This document shows, in pieces, positions 12,309 to 25,959 of a stretch of DNA of 64,000 nucleotides. Source of the stretch: Vicugna vicugna (taxonomy: Eukaryota); contig MU058718.1 in NCBI GenBank assembly GCA_013265495.1, positions 2,813,779 through 2,877,778 of the forward strand. The letters are read 5' to 3'. Every line of letters starts with the position of its first letter. The stretch's first letter is position 1. Below the pieces are notes generated by a model, which saw only the letters and a program-made list of their open reading frames with translations, was not told the DNA's origin and made no database searches. The position numbers and the translations under genes were made by a program.

Positions 12309-12983
12309 GTTACATTAGTTTTGGACCCCAGACAGGTCCGTGACTATTCTGGTAGGGACTCAGGAAATGGCATTCCTGTGCTGGGACAGTGAGTGGCTGG
12401 CTTCTCAGGACTGTTTAGATGTGCAGATCCCTGTGGCTGCTGCCAAGGAAATTGTGGCTGCCAATCACAGAGTCAGTTACTGAATCTGACAGCCCTAAAG
12501 GATGGAGAAAGAATAAATGCAATTAAGTACTCTGGTGAAGACCTGGGAAAGATGTTTTCTCTCTCACCATTGGTACAAAAATAACACAGTAAAATCAGAC
12601 TTGTATAAAACTGATTTGAAGACATCAACACCAGACAAAAAGATTCTAATTGTACCTTCCTTCCTAAGTCTCTATGTCTAGACTAGATATTATCAAGACA
12701 ATTGTCTCATATCTGGATAAGCTTTTAGTGTCCTGGCTCTGAAGAGGAGAGTTTTTTTTCAAGGACCTCAATTTCATTACTGTTTAGGTCAGGAGAGGGC
12801 AAATAAGCATGATGTCATAGCGTCCATCTAGGTTAGACAAAAAAGGAGTTCTTTTAGACAATGGAAAAATGGCATACTGCGGAGTATAAACTTTCCTAGG
12901 CAGAATGTTCAGAAATCAGCATGTTTCCTTTGATGGGACTCTCTGGGTGCTATGTGTGAAGACTTAATGCATGTTAAACATCA

Positions 12984-13232
12984 TTTTTTTTTTTAGATTT
13001 TAATTTATTATTTATTTTTAATTGAAGTATAATTGATTTACAATGTTGTGTTAGTTTCTGCTATACAGTTAGTCATTCAGTTTTGTATATACATATATAT
13101 ACACACATACATATGTATTCCTTTTCCTATTCGTTTTCACTATAGGTTATTACAAGATAATGAATATAGTTCCCTGTGCTATACAGTGGACCTTGTTGTC
13201 TACCTATTTTATACATAGTAGTGTGTATCTAT
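12984..13232 (-). mobile_element. L1 3' end fragment
   Basis: T-rich tail, attgaagtataattgatttacaatgttgtgttagtttctg...atagttccctgtgctatacag. Confidence 0.85.
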
Positions 13233-13549
13233 AAACATCATTCTTAAATATATTAGTATGTATTTCATATATAGTCTACTGGACATATTCCAATCTTTTT
13301 TCGTGACAGAATTTGCATTATCTGGGGGCTGTCATTAGGACAACCATTGCCCTTGGACAGCCCTAGTGAAAAGCATTTCACAGAATCTGTCCCCGCCTCT
13401 GCAGGCTGCAAGTCGAATCGGTTTTTCACGATAATTTCCTAAATCCTCAAGAATGATTTTCTCATTTGCCTCTCACTTCTTCCTTTTGTTTTTCCTTCAG
13501 GTGCCTTTCTCATTTTATTTTTTCAATAGGTCTGTTGAAATATTATCAC

Positions 13550-13870
13550 GGTCCCTGAAGCCATATCACATGGGTTCAAATCCAAGCTCCCCGCTTACTG
13601 CTAGTTGTGCCTCATTGTTCTCATCTGTCAAATGGGGGTAATAGTGCCTTCTTAATAGGAAGGGTTATATTAATGGAGAAAAGCAACGGGCTATTTTCCT
13701 GGTGGAGGCTCTAAATGTGGGGTCCCCAGACCTGGGCAAATGTCAGAATTCCCTGGGGAAATATTTTAAAGTAGAGATTCCTGGGCCCACGGCCACCTAT
13801 TCTCAGTCAGTCAGTCTGGAGAGGGGCCTGCTGTGCCTGATTCATGTGGTGACATTTAAGAACCACTACT
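13550..13870. mobile_element. MIR fragment followed by a MER5-type DNA transposon
   Basis: gggttcaaatccaagctcc...ctcatctgtcaaatgggggtaatag (MIR core); gagattcctgggccc...tttaagaaccact (MER5). Confidence 0.6.
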
Positions 13871-15036
13871 TCATTAGAATTCTATCTCCTGTGATGCTGT
13901 CCTTGTCCCTTTCCCCTATTCTCCCGAGCTTCTTCCATATTGTCTCCAATGACAAGTCTCAGATTTTGTGAAGTCTGGTTGAATTGTCTACCAATGGTGA
14001 CCCTTTAGAGAACCACCCATCTTCTTACTTATGAAACTGGTTTCATATTATACACTTGTGGTCACTCCACAGGATCTGTCAGTGACCTCTACCCTTGGAA
14101 AATAATGATCATATACATGAAGGCTCCAAATAATCTGCATTTGCCATAGTGGGCAGTGATGTGTTCTAGGCATCACATGTGTGTGACTGAACTGAGTTTC
14201 AGGGCTCCAAATACCCCAAGGTAGGAGAGCCTTCAGGGACTAGTTTACATAATGTAACTTCTCTAGAAGAAAGGGAAGTCTCACTTCCATTCATTAGCAT
14301 AGGAGTTGTGCTAAGAGGCAGTCACTTAGAGTGGTGTGAAAAGTCAGACTGTTCTCCTGTATACTTGACCTGGGGCAGAAGGGCTAATGTGGCTTTCTTC
14401 TTTCTGCATCTACTCACTGGATGCAAAGCTCTGTTCAGCTCCACCGAGGAAAACTCCTAGAGGGGATGGAATGTGTGACAACCGAGGCACAAAATGGAAG
14501 AGCAAAACTAAAGATGCAAAGGATTTTAAGAGATGGGGACACAAGTAGAAGTGGGAGGACAAGAGAGGGACATCTCCAGAGGGCAGAGGTCCCTCAGGAG
14601 ACTGGGAACTGAGCCGCTGAGGAGGCCGCTTCCTGAGTGGGGAATGAGACTGTGTCCAGGAAGGAGGGGCCATTGAACAGGCTCAAGGAGCTACTGCTGA
14701 TTTTCTGTTGAAGGAAGATGTTGTGCAGAACATTTCATAGGTGTCATAGGGGACATACTGACGGAAAGACGCCAACAGACAGTAAAGGAACATGAAGTTT
14801 CTTAATGATAAAATGATGAGGGATAAAGAAAGTTCTGGAGTCAGGTGAAGCTGAAGCTAAGGTGCATGCCCTCTGACCTCACCACAGCCTTCCAGGTTCC
14901 CAGGCTACTTACTTTCTCAATCTATTTCAGCATAATTTTCCCTGCACAGCATCTCATCCTAAAATTTTCAAGACTGGACATCAGGGCTTCCTTTTAAGCA
15001 CTTGTCAGCAAGAGATCCGACTCTCAGCAGGAAGAT

Positions 15037-15748
15037 ACAGCCATTATGGAAAACAGTATGGAGAGCCCTCAAAAAATCTAAAACTAGACTTATCATATAA
15101 TCCAGCAATTCCACTCCTGGGCATATATCCAGAGGAAACTCTAATTTGAAAAGAGACCTGCACCCCAATTTTCACAGCAGCACTATTTACAATAGCCAAG
15201 ACATGGAAACAACCTAAATGTCCATCAACAGATGACTGGATAAAGAAGTTGTGGTATATATCTACAATGGAATACTACTCAGCCATAAAAAATAATAAAA
15301 TAATGCCATTTGCAGTAACATGAATGGACCTGGAGATTGTTATTCTAAGTGAAGTAAGCCAGAAAGAGAAAGAAAAATACTATATGGTATCATTCATAAG
15401 TGGAATCTTTAAAAAAAAAGACACAAATGAACTTATTTACAAAACAGAAATAGATGCACAGACATAAAAAACAAACTTAACAGTTACCAGAGGGGAAAGA
15501 AAGGGGGTGGGAAGGGATAAATTGGGAGTTTGAGATTTGCAGATACTAGCTACTATTTATAAAACATATTAAGTTTCTTCTGTAGACCACAGGGAAATAC
15601 ATTCAATATCTTGTAGTAACTTATAATGAAAAAGAATATGAAAATATATGTATGTACATGTATGACAAAAACATTATGCCGTACAACAGAAATTGACACA
15701 ACACTGTAAACTGGTTATACTACAATAAAAGAGAGAGAGAGAGAGAAA
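15037..15748 (+). mobile_element. Young L1, 5'-truncated (ORF2 C-terminus and 3' UTR)
   Basis: cagccattatggaaaacagtatgg...gccaagacatggaaacaacctaaatgtcc...ggaagggataaattgggagtttgagatttgcagatact...aataaaa followed by (GA)n. Confidence 0.95.
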
Positions 15749-18700
15749 TCAGGCTTAGATGCCCACGGAATAAAAAACCTGAATGCCTAGTCTTTCTCTT
15801 CACTTCACATTTTCTGGTGCTTTATGTCTCTTATCTGATACGATTAGTTCCATGTTCCTTCCTGCTTCACATGGTAATTACTTGAATCTCTGCCTCACGT
15901 TCCCCTCCACAGAGTCTGGGACCATTAATAAACATCAGGATAGCAACGAAGCCTTCTCTTGTCTCTTTTGCTAGTTCCTCAGAGAGGGCATTTAAAAAGC
16001 TGAGTCTTGGTAATAATTCCAGGATCGAAAGCCTAATTCTACAGAGTGGGCCTTCTGTTAATTTTCATTCCCCTACTTCGGCAAAGACCCTGCTGACCAT
16101 CAGGGTCCCCACTCTTTTTAGCACGGAATTTATCTTTTATCCATTTATACAATAGTGGGTGGGCAGTAAGGTATCTTTAAACTGGGCATATAATAAAGAG
16201 TTGTTAACTCAGAGCAGACAGGAAAATGGGTCTCTTTGGACAGAGCAGAAATAAATGGAATGCCCTAAAGGGAATGGAAAAGAAAATCTATTTCCAGAAC
16301 ATTTGCATTCTATTAATGAGCACTTCAGGCCATGTATGCAATAACTTTGCATTCATTACAGCCCTAGTTGTGTTCCCAGAACCCACTTAGGTGACATCCC
16401 TTATGCTTTCCTTCTCTCCCATGAAAAAGATGCTACTAGAAAATTAAAGTGGCTTTAGCAACCTCAGTGTTGAGTAGCAGGTGTTTTTTTCCTTACACAC
16501 TACCCAGTGGCGCGGGCATCCCCAGGACACATGCAAAGCCTTTTGCACAAGGCAGGGAAGCCTTTCTTCTGACTTGCTACCCTCTGGAGGGAGTCCCATT
16601 AGCACCAAGCCAGCCTTTCATCTGCCACCTGTCTCCAGCACTTGACTCTTGTCTCCCAGCTGGTTGACAAGCTCTGTGTTCAATCCCCAGGGAAGAGCTA
16701 GCTTCCACATGGCCCTGACCCCAGCAGGAGGCCCAGGGCAGGCAGAAGCCAGGCACGCCCAGGGATGGAGCCCATCAGCATGTTGGCACTCCTGCACTGT
16801 TGTGCAAAATCTACATGCTGAGCACCAAGGCACACTCTGGAGGATTTTTTATATAGAGAATAGAAGTATTTGCATCCTTCTGGCTAACAGAAAGCCAAGA
16901 ATTCTCAGAGGTAATTCCTACTTTCCTTTCTCCCGTCAACCCTTAAAACACCCTTCTTCTGCCTTCTCCAAAAGCCTCAGTGTTATTTATTTAATGCATA
17001 TTCTGAACAAAGTCAACATTCAACAAATCTTTGTGTCTGCCTTTTTTTTTTTTTTTCTTTTCCAGTAATGGTCCAGAGAGCAAGACTGTGTGGTGAGGGG
17101 GTCTTAAAGGCATTCTGACACCCATGTTGAGTGGGTCTCAAGCCAGCTACTGTAAGCCAGGAATACAGTGCATCCTATATGACCCACATGGCCACCACTA
17201 TCATTATAAAAAGAAGGGGAAAATGGCAGGGGAAGTGGTGGCAGTACTGATGTGATGATAATTTCATTCATCATCCCTGCAGCTGGCACACAGGAAGGAT
17301 ACTGTGATGAACTGGCTCTGGTGACANNNNNNNNNNNNNNNNNNNNNNNNNNNNNNNNNNNNNNNNNNNNNNNNNNNNAACTCTAATTTGAAAAGAGACC
17401 TGCACCCCAATTTTCACAGCAGCACTATTTACAATAGCCAAGACATGGAAACAACCTAAATGTCCATCAACAGATGACTGGATAAAGAAGTTGTGGTATA
17501 TATCTACAATGGAATACTACTCGGCCATAAAAAATAATAAAATAATGCCATTTGCAGTAACATGAATGGACCTGGAGATTGTTATTCTAAGTGAAGTAAG
17601 CCAGAAAGAGAAAGAAAAATACTATATGGTATCATTCATAAGTGGAATCTTTAAAAAAAAAAAGACACAAATGAACTTATTTACAAAACAGAAATAGATG
17701 CACAGACATAAAAAACAAACTTAACAGTTACCAGAGGGGAAAGAAAGGGGGTGGGAAGGGATAAATTGGGAGTTTGAGATTTGCAGATACTAGCTACTAT
17801 TTATAAAACATATTAAGTTTCTTCTGTAGACCACAGGGAAATACATTCAATATCTTGTAGTAACTTATAATGAAAAAGAATATGAAAATATATGTATGTA
17901 CATGTATGACAAAAACATTATGCCGTACAACAGAAATTGACACAACACTGTAAACTGGTTATACTACAATAAAAGAGAGAGAGAGAGAGAAATCAGGCTT
18001 AGATGCCCACGGAATAAAAAACCTGAATGCCTAGTCTTTCTCTTCACTTCACATTTTCTGGTGCTTTATGTCTCTTATCTGATACGATTAGTTCCATGTT
18101 CCTTCCTGCTTCACATGGTAATTACTTGAATCTCTGCCTCACGTTCCCCTCCACAGAGCCTGGGACCATTAATAAACATCAGGATAGCAACGAAGCTTTC
18201 TCTTGTCTCTTTTGCTAGTTCCTCAGAGAGGGCATTCAAAAAGCTGAGTCTTGGTAATAATTCCAGGATCGAAAGCCTAATTCTACAGAGTGGACCTTCT
18301 GTTAATTTGCATTCCCCTACTTCGGCAAAGACCCTGCTGACCATCAGGGTCCCCACTCTTTTTAGCACGGAATTTATCTTTTATCCATTTATACAATAGT
18401 GGGTGGGCAGTAAGGTATCTTTAAACTGGGCATATAATAAAGAGTTGTTAACTCAGAGCAGACAGGAAAATGGGTCTCTTTGGACAGAGCAGAAATAAAT
18501 GGAATGCCCTAAAGGGAATGGAAAAGAAAATCTATTTCCAGAACATTTGCATTCTATTAATGAGCACTTCAGGCCATGTATGCAATAACTTTGCATTCAT
18601 TACAGCCCTAGTTGTGTTCCCAGAACCCACTTAGGTGACATCCCTTATGCTTTCCTTCTCTCCCATGAAAAAGATGCTACTAGAAAATTAAAGTGGCTTT

Positions 18701-19570
18701 AGCAACCTCAGTGTTGAGTAGCAGGTGTTTTTTTCCTTACACACTACCCAGTGGCGCGGGCATCCCCAGGACACATGCAAAGCCTTTTGCACAAGGCAGG
18801 GAAGCCTTTCTTCTGACTTGCTACCCTCTGGAGGGAGTCCCATTAGCACCAAGCCAGCCTTTCATCTGCCACCTGTCTCCAGCACTTGACTCTTGTCTCC
18901 CAGCTGGTTGACAAGCTCTGTGTTCAATCCCCAGGGAAGAGCTAGCTTCCACATGGCCCTGACCCCAGCAGGAGGCCCAGGGCAGGCAGAAGCCAGGCAC
19001 GCCCAGGGATGGAGCCCATCAGCATGTTGGCACTCCTGCACTGTTGTGCAAAATCTACATGCTGAGCACCAAGGCACACTCTGGAGGATTTTTTATATAG
19101 AGAATAGAAGTATTTGCATCCTTCTGGCTAACAGAAAGCCAAGAATTCTCAGAGGTAATTCCTACTTTCCTTTCTCCCGTCAACCCTTAAAACACCCTTC
19201 TTCTGCCTTCTCCAAAAGCCTCAGTGTTATTTATTTAATGCATATTCTGAACAAAGTCAACATTCAACAAATCTTTGTGTCTGCCTTTTTTTTTTTTTGT
19301 CTCTTCCAGTAATGGTCCAGAGAGCAAGACTGTGTGGTGAGGGGGTCTTAAAGGCATTCTGACACCCATGTTGAGTGGGTCTCAAGCCAGCTACTGTAAG
19401 CCAGGAATACAGTGCATCCTATATGACCCACATGGCCACCACTATCATTATAAAAAGAAGGGGAAAATGGCAGGGGAAGTGGTGGCAGTACTGATGTGAT
19501 GATAATTTCATTCATCATCCCTGCAGCTGGCACACAGGAAGGATACTGTGATGAACTGGCTCTGGTGACA
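15137..19570 (+). repeat. About 2.19-kb near-identical direct duplication flanking an assembly gap
   Basis: 15137-17326 is repeated at 17379-19570 with only a handful of differences; duplicated ORFs appear in the ORF track. Confidence 0.97.
17327..17378. other. Assembly gap (52 N)
   Basis: Run of N. Confidence 1.
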
Positions 19571-20488
19571 CGTGAGTGATATTCTGTAGAATGTGTGTTC
19601 CTGGTAACTTTTCTAAAAATCAATATTGTCATTCTTCATGCCTCTCAAACATCCCCGCTGCCTGAAATTCCACAAATAATGGTTTTCATTTTTTGGATTT
19701 AAGGCTTCCTGACTATGGTTAAAAATTCCCAAGGGAGGTACACATTAGCCTTCCTCAGTCATCTCCACCTTAGTGTCAAGAAGCACTGGCCTTTTCCTAC
19801 AGACTCAGTGCTGAGGGAGTAAATATTACTGTATGTGTATTCACAATCTTACCTTACTCCAGGTTGCCTCTTGCTATAGAGATAATAGGTATCAAGAATT
19901 AGAAGCTCCCTGGAGAAGTTAAAATGACTTACATTTGAAAGATGTTAGAAGAAATTCATGGACAAGAAGAGCTGGAGAAGAGTTTTGAGTGAGGAAAGAA
20001 GCATCAGTGAAAGATGAAGATTTTCATGGAATGTTTAGAAGAAAAGACTTAGGGGGATGTGGAAACTGTGATGAAAAGGGTTGGACACAGAGTCTTCCAT
20101 GAAGTTCTCACTAGCAAAGACTCCTCCTAAGGCCCTGGGGCCCAAGTATTATATTCACATGTTCATTTTATATTCTTCTACATACAGACCACCCTCCACC
20201 CCAGATTGTAGAAGCTTCAGAACTCATAAATCTGAACTTTGAGTAAGTAAATCTATTGAGAAGTAAATGAGTAATGTTAAAAAATTTTCCAAACCTAGGA
20301 AGGCAAAATGCCTTTTTTGTCATGCCAGGGTCCTGTCTAATAAGCCTTCGTAAGGGTCATCTGAATTCAGAAGCATGTAAAGTTGTTTGACTTACTAATT
20401 TCCAATTATTTACCAGACCATTTTACGGTTCTATAAGGGTAGCCTTTAAACTTTGCAGAACACTGCTAATGCAAGTATTTTTGCCTAT

Positions 20489-20858
20489 TGCTATGGAATG
20501 AATTGTGTCTCCACTCCCCCACCAATTTGTATGCTGAAGCTCTAAACCCCAGTATGACCATATTTGGAACATTTGGGAGGTTATTATATTAGGATGAGGT
20601 CATGAGAGTGGGGTCCACATGATGGGATTAGTGTCTTTATAAGATGAGACATTAGAGAGTTTGCTTTCTTTCTCTCCATCAAGTGAGGACATAGGGAGAA
20701 TGTGGCCATCCTCAAGTCAGGAAGAGATATCTCACCAGAAACTGACCATGCTGACGTGGTGATCTTGGACTTTCAGACTCCAGAACGAGAGAATAAATTT
20801 CTGTTGTTTAAGCTACCTAGTTTATGGTATTTTGTTATGGCAACATGAGTTAAGACAC
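20489..20858 (+). mobile_element. MLT1A/B-type MaLR solo LTR
   Basis: Starts tgctatggaatgaattgtgtc, has gagaataaatttctgttgtttaagc...ggtattttgttatggc, ends taagaca. Confidence 0.9.
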
Positions 20859-21234
20859 CTAAAGAGAATAATTTTTGCCCTGTAGAAATGCAAATTATTT
20901 CTGAAAGTAGAAAAGAGACCCCCAAAGATAATGATTTAGTTCCCTGTGACAAATAAATTAGTTTTGTATCTGTCTTATTCTTGCACTCATTTTTGCTTTC
21001 ACTAACTATATATACATTATATTCTTTTATCATCCTTGAACTGGCTTCATCATCATTTTAATGAGTTAAAATAAAAACTTTAACCCACACTCATTATGTA
21101 TTTGTATAAGAATTGTTTTTAAATTTGAAAATACTTTTGACAGTGAAGAGAATCTTCAGGAATTATGCCACATATTGTGTAATGCATTCCACTTTGGTAC
21201 CTCTTTGTGAGACTTCAGTAAAGATTTAAATTAC

Positions 21235-22180
21235 TTTTTGGAGAAACAATTCCAAAATTCATATGGAACCACAAAAGACCCCAAATAGCCAAAGCAATAC
21301 TGAAAAAGAACCAAACTGGAGGCATCACACTTTCTGATTTCAAACTGTATTACAAAGCTATACTAACCCAAACAGTATGGAACCACATAAAAACAGACAC
21401 ATAGACCAGTGGAACAAAAATCAAGAGCCCAGAAATAAACCCTTGCTTAAATGGCCAACTAATACTCGATAAGAAAGCCAAGAATTCTCAACGGAGAAAA
21501 GAGTCTCTTTAACAAATGGTGCTTGAAAATTGGATATTCACACTTAAGAGAATGAAACTTGACTCCTATCTTATACCACTTACAAAAAGTAACTCAAAAT
21601 AGATTAAAGACTTAAACATAAGACCTGAAGCCATAAAACTCATTGAAGAAAACAGAGGGTAAGCTCCTTGACACTGGTCTCGGCAATGATGTTTTAAATT
21701 CACCACCTAAAGTATATGCAACCAAATAAAAAATAAACAAGTGGGACTACTTCAAATTAAAAAGCTTCTGCACAGCCAAAGAAACAATCAACAAAATGAA
21801 AAGGCAAACTATGGAAAGGGAGAAAATATGTGTAAAGCATATATCTGATAAGGTGTTAATATCCAAAGTATATTTTAAAAACTCATACAACTCGATTGCA
21901 AAAAACCAAACAATCTAATTTTTAAAAGAGACAAGGAACCTGAATAGGTTTTTCCAAAGAAGATATTCAAATTGCTAACAGGTACATGAAAAGGTGCTCA
22001 ACAGCTCCAGCCGCAGGGAAATGCAAATCAAAACCATAGTGAGTTATTACCTCACACTTGTTAGCATGGCTGTTATCAGCAAGACAAAAGGTAAGTGTTG
22101 AGGATGTGGAGATGGGAACCTTTGTGCACTGCTGGTGGGAATGTAAATTGGTGCAGCCACTATGGAAAACAGTACAGAGG
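21235..22180 (+). mobile_element. L1 ORF2 3'-half fragment, degenerate, 3'-truncated
   Basis: aaaattcatatggaaccacaaaagaccccaaatagccaaagcaat...gtgcagccactatggaaaacagta. Confidence 0.92.
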
Positions 22181-24056
22181 TCAGCAGAGGATGACTGAGT
22201 GGGCAAGGAGAAGGGGATGTTGTGGATGGTACTGACGAGTGCAGGGTCTACTCATGAGAGTGGACAGCTGAGGCAGGAGAGGACAAGACTGCAGGGCTGA
22301 GAGGCCAGGTGGGCAAGATGCAGCCATGGGGCCTGCGTGTACCTTGCTGCTGTCGTGAGCTGTTTACAGCTGGTGTCCATTCTGACTCATCAGTGCCTTT
22401 GCCCTGTGAGTGATTACATATTGTGAATACGAGTTCCGAGTCCAAGGAATTGAAAGGCTTACCATTGTGAACTGTGACAGTCCCAAGAATTGTGACAGGG
22501 GTATTTGGGGAGCATGAGGATGGTGAGCTAAGAGCCTTCAGGGAGGGGGGGTCTGCAATGCCTGCCAATCAAAACATTAGGCAGAAGGAGGAGGCTAAAC
22601 CACCCCGCTGCCCTAGCCCTAAGCCCCTGGGGACGTTTCTGAAGGGTGAGTGCAGGACTACAGGGTAAGAAAAATCCAAAAAGAAGGACTTCAGGGGGGA
22701 GGAAAAAAAGCCCCCAAACAGGGAATAAGCAGAAACAAATTATACCACTTCACCATTTAGCCTTGGACCAACCCAAGCAATTGGCTTGGTCTGCAAACTA
22801 GGCTACAGCTTGTGGCCATTAAAATGCCCAGTTCACACCTGGGTATAATTCATTCTAGAATTCTCAGTGTGGCCGTGAGTCAGACAGAAATCATATGCCA
22901 AACTTCTCAGCCCAGCAAAAACGGCCTGTTTTCCTCTGCTTTGGTTAACATTTCCTTGATTTATTTCTTCCTCCCTTTCTCCTCCTGCCTCACTTATCAG
23001 TCAGAGCCAGGATAAGCACTTTCTATAGGTTTTCAAGGTTCTTCTGGTCCTGCTTTCCTTTATGATAACAGTTGGGTCCTGGAACCATTTTCAGGCAGGC
23101 ACATCCTGCCAGGCAGGAGATCCAGGACTCGGAGGGGGAAGGTGGCCCAGGTGAAAGAGCTCATTGCAAACCAGGACCATCCAGCCCTGTCCACAGTGGG
23201 GCAGCTTCCCTAGGCTGGCAGCTGCTCCGCCAGGCACAAGGCAGCCTGGCTGGAGACTGTGGCTTTCACCACACGGTGACGGTGACTCAGCTCCCTGAGG
23301 GATGGCGACAGGACTGTCTGGGACCATTAACCACAAAGGCACCAAATAACTCATGTTGAGATAGCTAGTCATTTCCACCAAGGCCTTTCCTCCCAATAAT
23401 CCAGGGCTCCTGACCTAAAGACAAATGGTACCTGCCTCCTCCCCCATCCTTCTACACCCAAACCTTGATCCTGTATTACTCTCTTATCGCCTTTCCTCTG
23501 CTCCTCCCACTCTCAGTTCCTCTCTCCAAACCCTTCACCCTTTCATGCCCCCTGAAGCCAACATTTCATATTATCTTTACAATATCCTTCCACCACTGTA
23601 AACTGAAGCCTACCTTCTCCCCAGGGTGCACGATTTCTTGCCTTCATCTTCACTGGACGCTGCTGTTTCTCCCATCTGCTCCAGACGGGAGGTAGGAGTT
23701 CAAGTCAGGATTCACTCAGCTCCCTGGTGCTGCTTTTCCTTCATGGGCAAGCTCTGCCAAAGCGTATGCCACTGATGTTACCATTTTCTATCTCCTATAA
23801 ACACTGAAGATCTAGATATGTGGTCTAGATCATAAGTTTTTCTCACCATGCCAAATCTTGACATAATTCTAGAATCTGTATCTGTGGACAGCCATCCAAC
23901 ACACCAGGGTTTAGTTCCTTGACCTTTTCAAATCTCAAAACTGAGCAAGTTATGATCTGGAAATGCTTGACATCAGAGGAAACCAGACCTTGTAGCTCTC
24001 TCACTGTGCCTGCTCTTCAAGTGATGGCCAAGACCAAGACTCCTTTTCTCCTAACT

Positions 24057-24445
24057 CAGTGGTTGTTAAGCTTTAAGAAGCATCAGAATCACCTGGCGGG
24101 CTTGTTAAGACAGACTGCAGAACTCCAACCGCAGATTTTCTGACTGAATGGGTCTGGGGTAGGGCTCAAGAATTTGCATCTCTGATTGGTTTCAAGGCAA
24201 TGCTGACGCTGCTGACTTGGGGTCCACAATTTGAGAACCACTCTCCTAACGTATATGCCCAGCGGTTCCCAAATTAGCTTCGTGTTAGAATTACCTGGGG
24301 GAGCTTCAAAAAGTATGGAAGTCTGTGCCTCCTGTGTCCCATGCCTGAGGACTGTGGTTTAATTCACCTGGAATGTGCCTCGGGCTTTGGAGTTTTTAAA
24401 AGACCCTCAGGTGATTCTAGCTACAAAGGAATTTAGAAACTACTG
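24057..24445. mobile_element. Two adjacent MER5-type hAT DNA transposons
   Basis: cagtggttg...gcatcagaatcacctgg...ttgagaaccact (24057-24242) and cagcggttcccaaa...ttagaattacctgggg...caggtgattct...actactg (about 24260-24445). Confidence 0.8.
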
Positions 24446-24499
24446 ATATCAACATCTTCTAGCCTCCCTTCCTTTCCCACCTGTCCTGGAAGACACCGT

Positions 24500-25100
24500 C
24501 AATCATCCACACCATACTTCCCACTCGGATATTCCCCCTCCCAGGGAACCTTAAACCTGTGTCAGTCCATTTTCCCACTGCTCCTAAATACTAGTCATCA
24601 CGTGTGCCTGGGGAAAACCACACACCTTCCTGTTCTCTGACTCATCCTGGTTGTCCTCATCCATCGATCTTTTCACTCAGCTTTGGTTCTCTCTAGCCTC
24701 CATCTCTCTCCCTGAGAATCCCCAAACTTCATCATTCTAATCCCCCTACTTGAACTCTTCAGATGACCTCATCTCCTATTCATCAAGTAAAATTGCTTCC
24801 ACCAGGCACAATCTCGTCCCATTGTCTACTCCACCCAAAGAACACATTTACCTGTAGCCACTTTCTTTTTAGCCCTTCATCTCAGAGATGATGTGTTCCT
24901 CTTTCAGCTCAAGGTCAACGCCTCCACCCTCCCACACAAATCGCGGCGCTTCGCTGGCATTTAGTGTGATGAACGAGGTGCTCTTTCCATTCCCCTTCAA
25001 CCAGCCCGTCTCCTGGCTCTGAATCTCCCTCTCTTCCTGACGGCTCTCTCATACAGGATCGCAGCCTCCATTCGTCAGCTCTTGCCACCCAGTGATGGCT
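24500..25100 (+). mobile_element. Old L2-like fragment
   Basis: Pyrimidine-rich; cagatgacctcatctcctatt and ctcaaggtcaacgcctccacc resemble L2 ORF2. Confidence 0.4.
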
Positions 25101-25959
25101 GATTCAGGAGTAAATTCTTCCAGATGCCTCCTGTAAAGGCTTTTGAATTTGGTATTCTTTTTTCTTTTATTTTTTACCTCCTGCCTAGCCACGTGAACAA
25201 GGGACCCTGCTTGCACTGTCAACACCACACTTCTCTTCATTTCTGGAACCTGACTTCTTTGCTCAGTGTGCTAAACACTAATGAGAAAGCTGCCTCAGAA
25301 GCATAAAGCATTACATTAATGACACTTTTGCTTCAAGTATGTATTCAATACTCGACAAAAGGCAGGCACATAGCTCCTGTCCATACAATGAAGAGACAAG
25401 AAGTCCAGCAACCCTTTGGAAAACCAATTGTCCAGGGACTTGAGGGTCTCCTATTCACATGGTGACAACTCCAACAGAGACAAGGGGAAAAAAATGAAGG
25501 CAAATAACAAAAACACAGGAAGCGCAGTACAGGAAGGAAATCAACAAAGCAGACAGAAGAGTGTCTGTGTAGTTTTGTTTGCTCAGTTATTACAGTTAAA
25601 CAAAGCTGGGTTTAGGAAGTGTGCCTGCATCAGCGCTGTGGCACAGGTGACAGACTGGGGCTCCAGGGCTGGATGATATACAGTAGATGTCTTTCACCGT
25701 GGCTTTGAAAAATCTTAACACTAATTTATAACAGAGTAATATTGTTGCTTCTATTGAAAATATGAAGTAGATCAGGAGGAACAACAGAGAAAGCTTTGAT
25801 ACTAATTTTCCTTCTAACACATTTACATTTAAAATAATGTTAAAGATTATATTTACCTAACATATATTTTGCATATATTAAATATATTTCTATAAAAATT
25901 TAAATTTTCATGTAATATAAAAACAGTTGATCTCAAAAGCATGATGCTTAAAAGAAAAA

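Noticed and set aside
15783..19632. Duplicated ORFs suggesting a tandem gene pair
   Set aside because: They only reflect the gap-flanking duplication and have no protein-like features.
21235..22180. This L1 ends at about the consensus position where the L1 at 15037 begins
   Set aside because: Wrong order, apparently different subfamily ages and no shared TSD; treated as coincidence.
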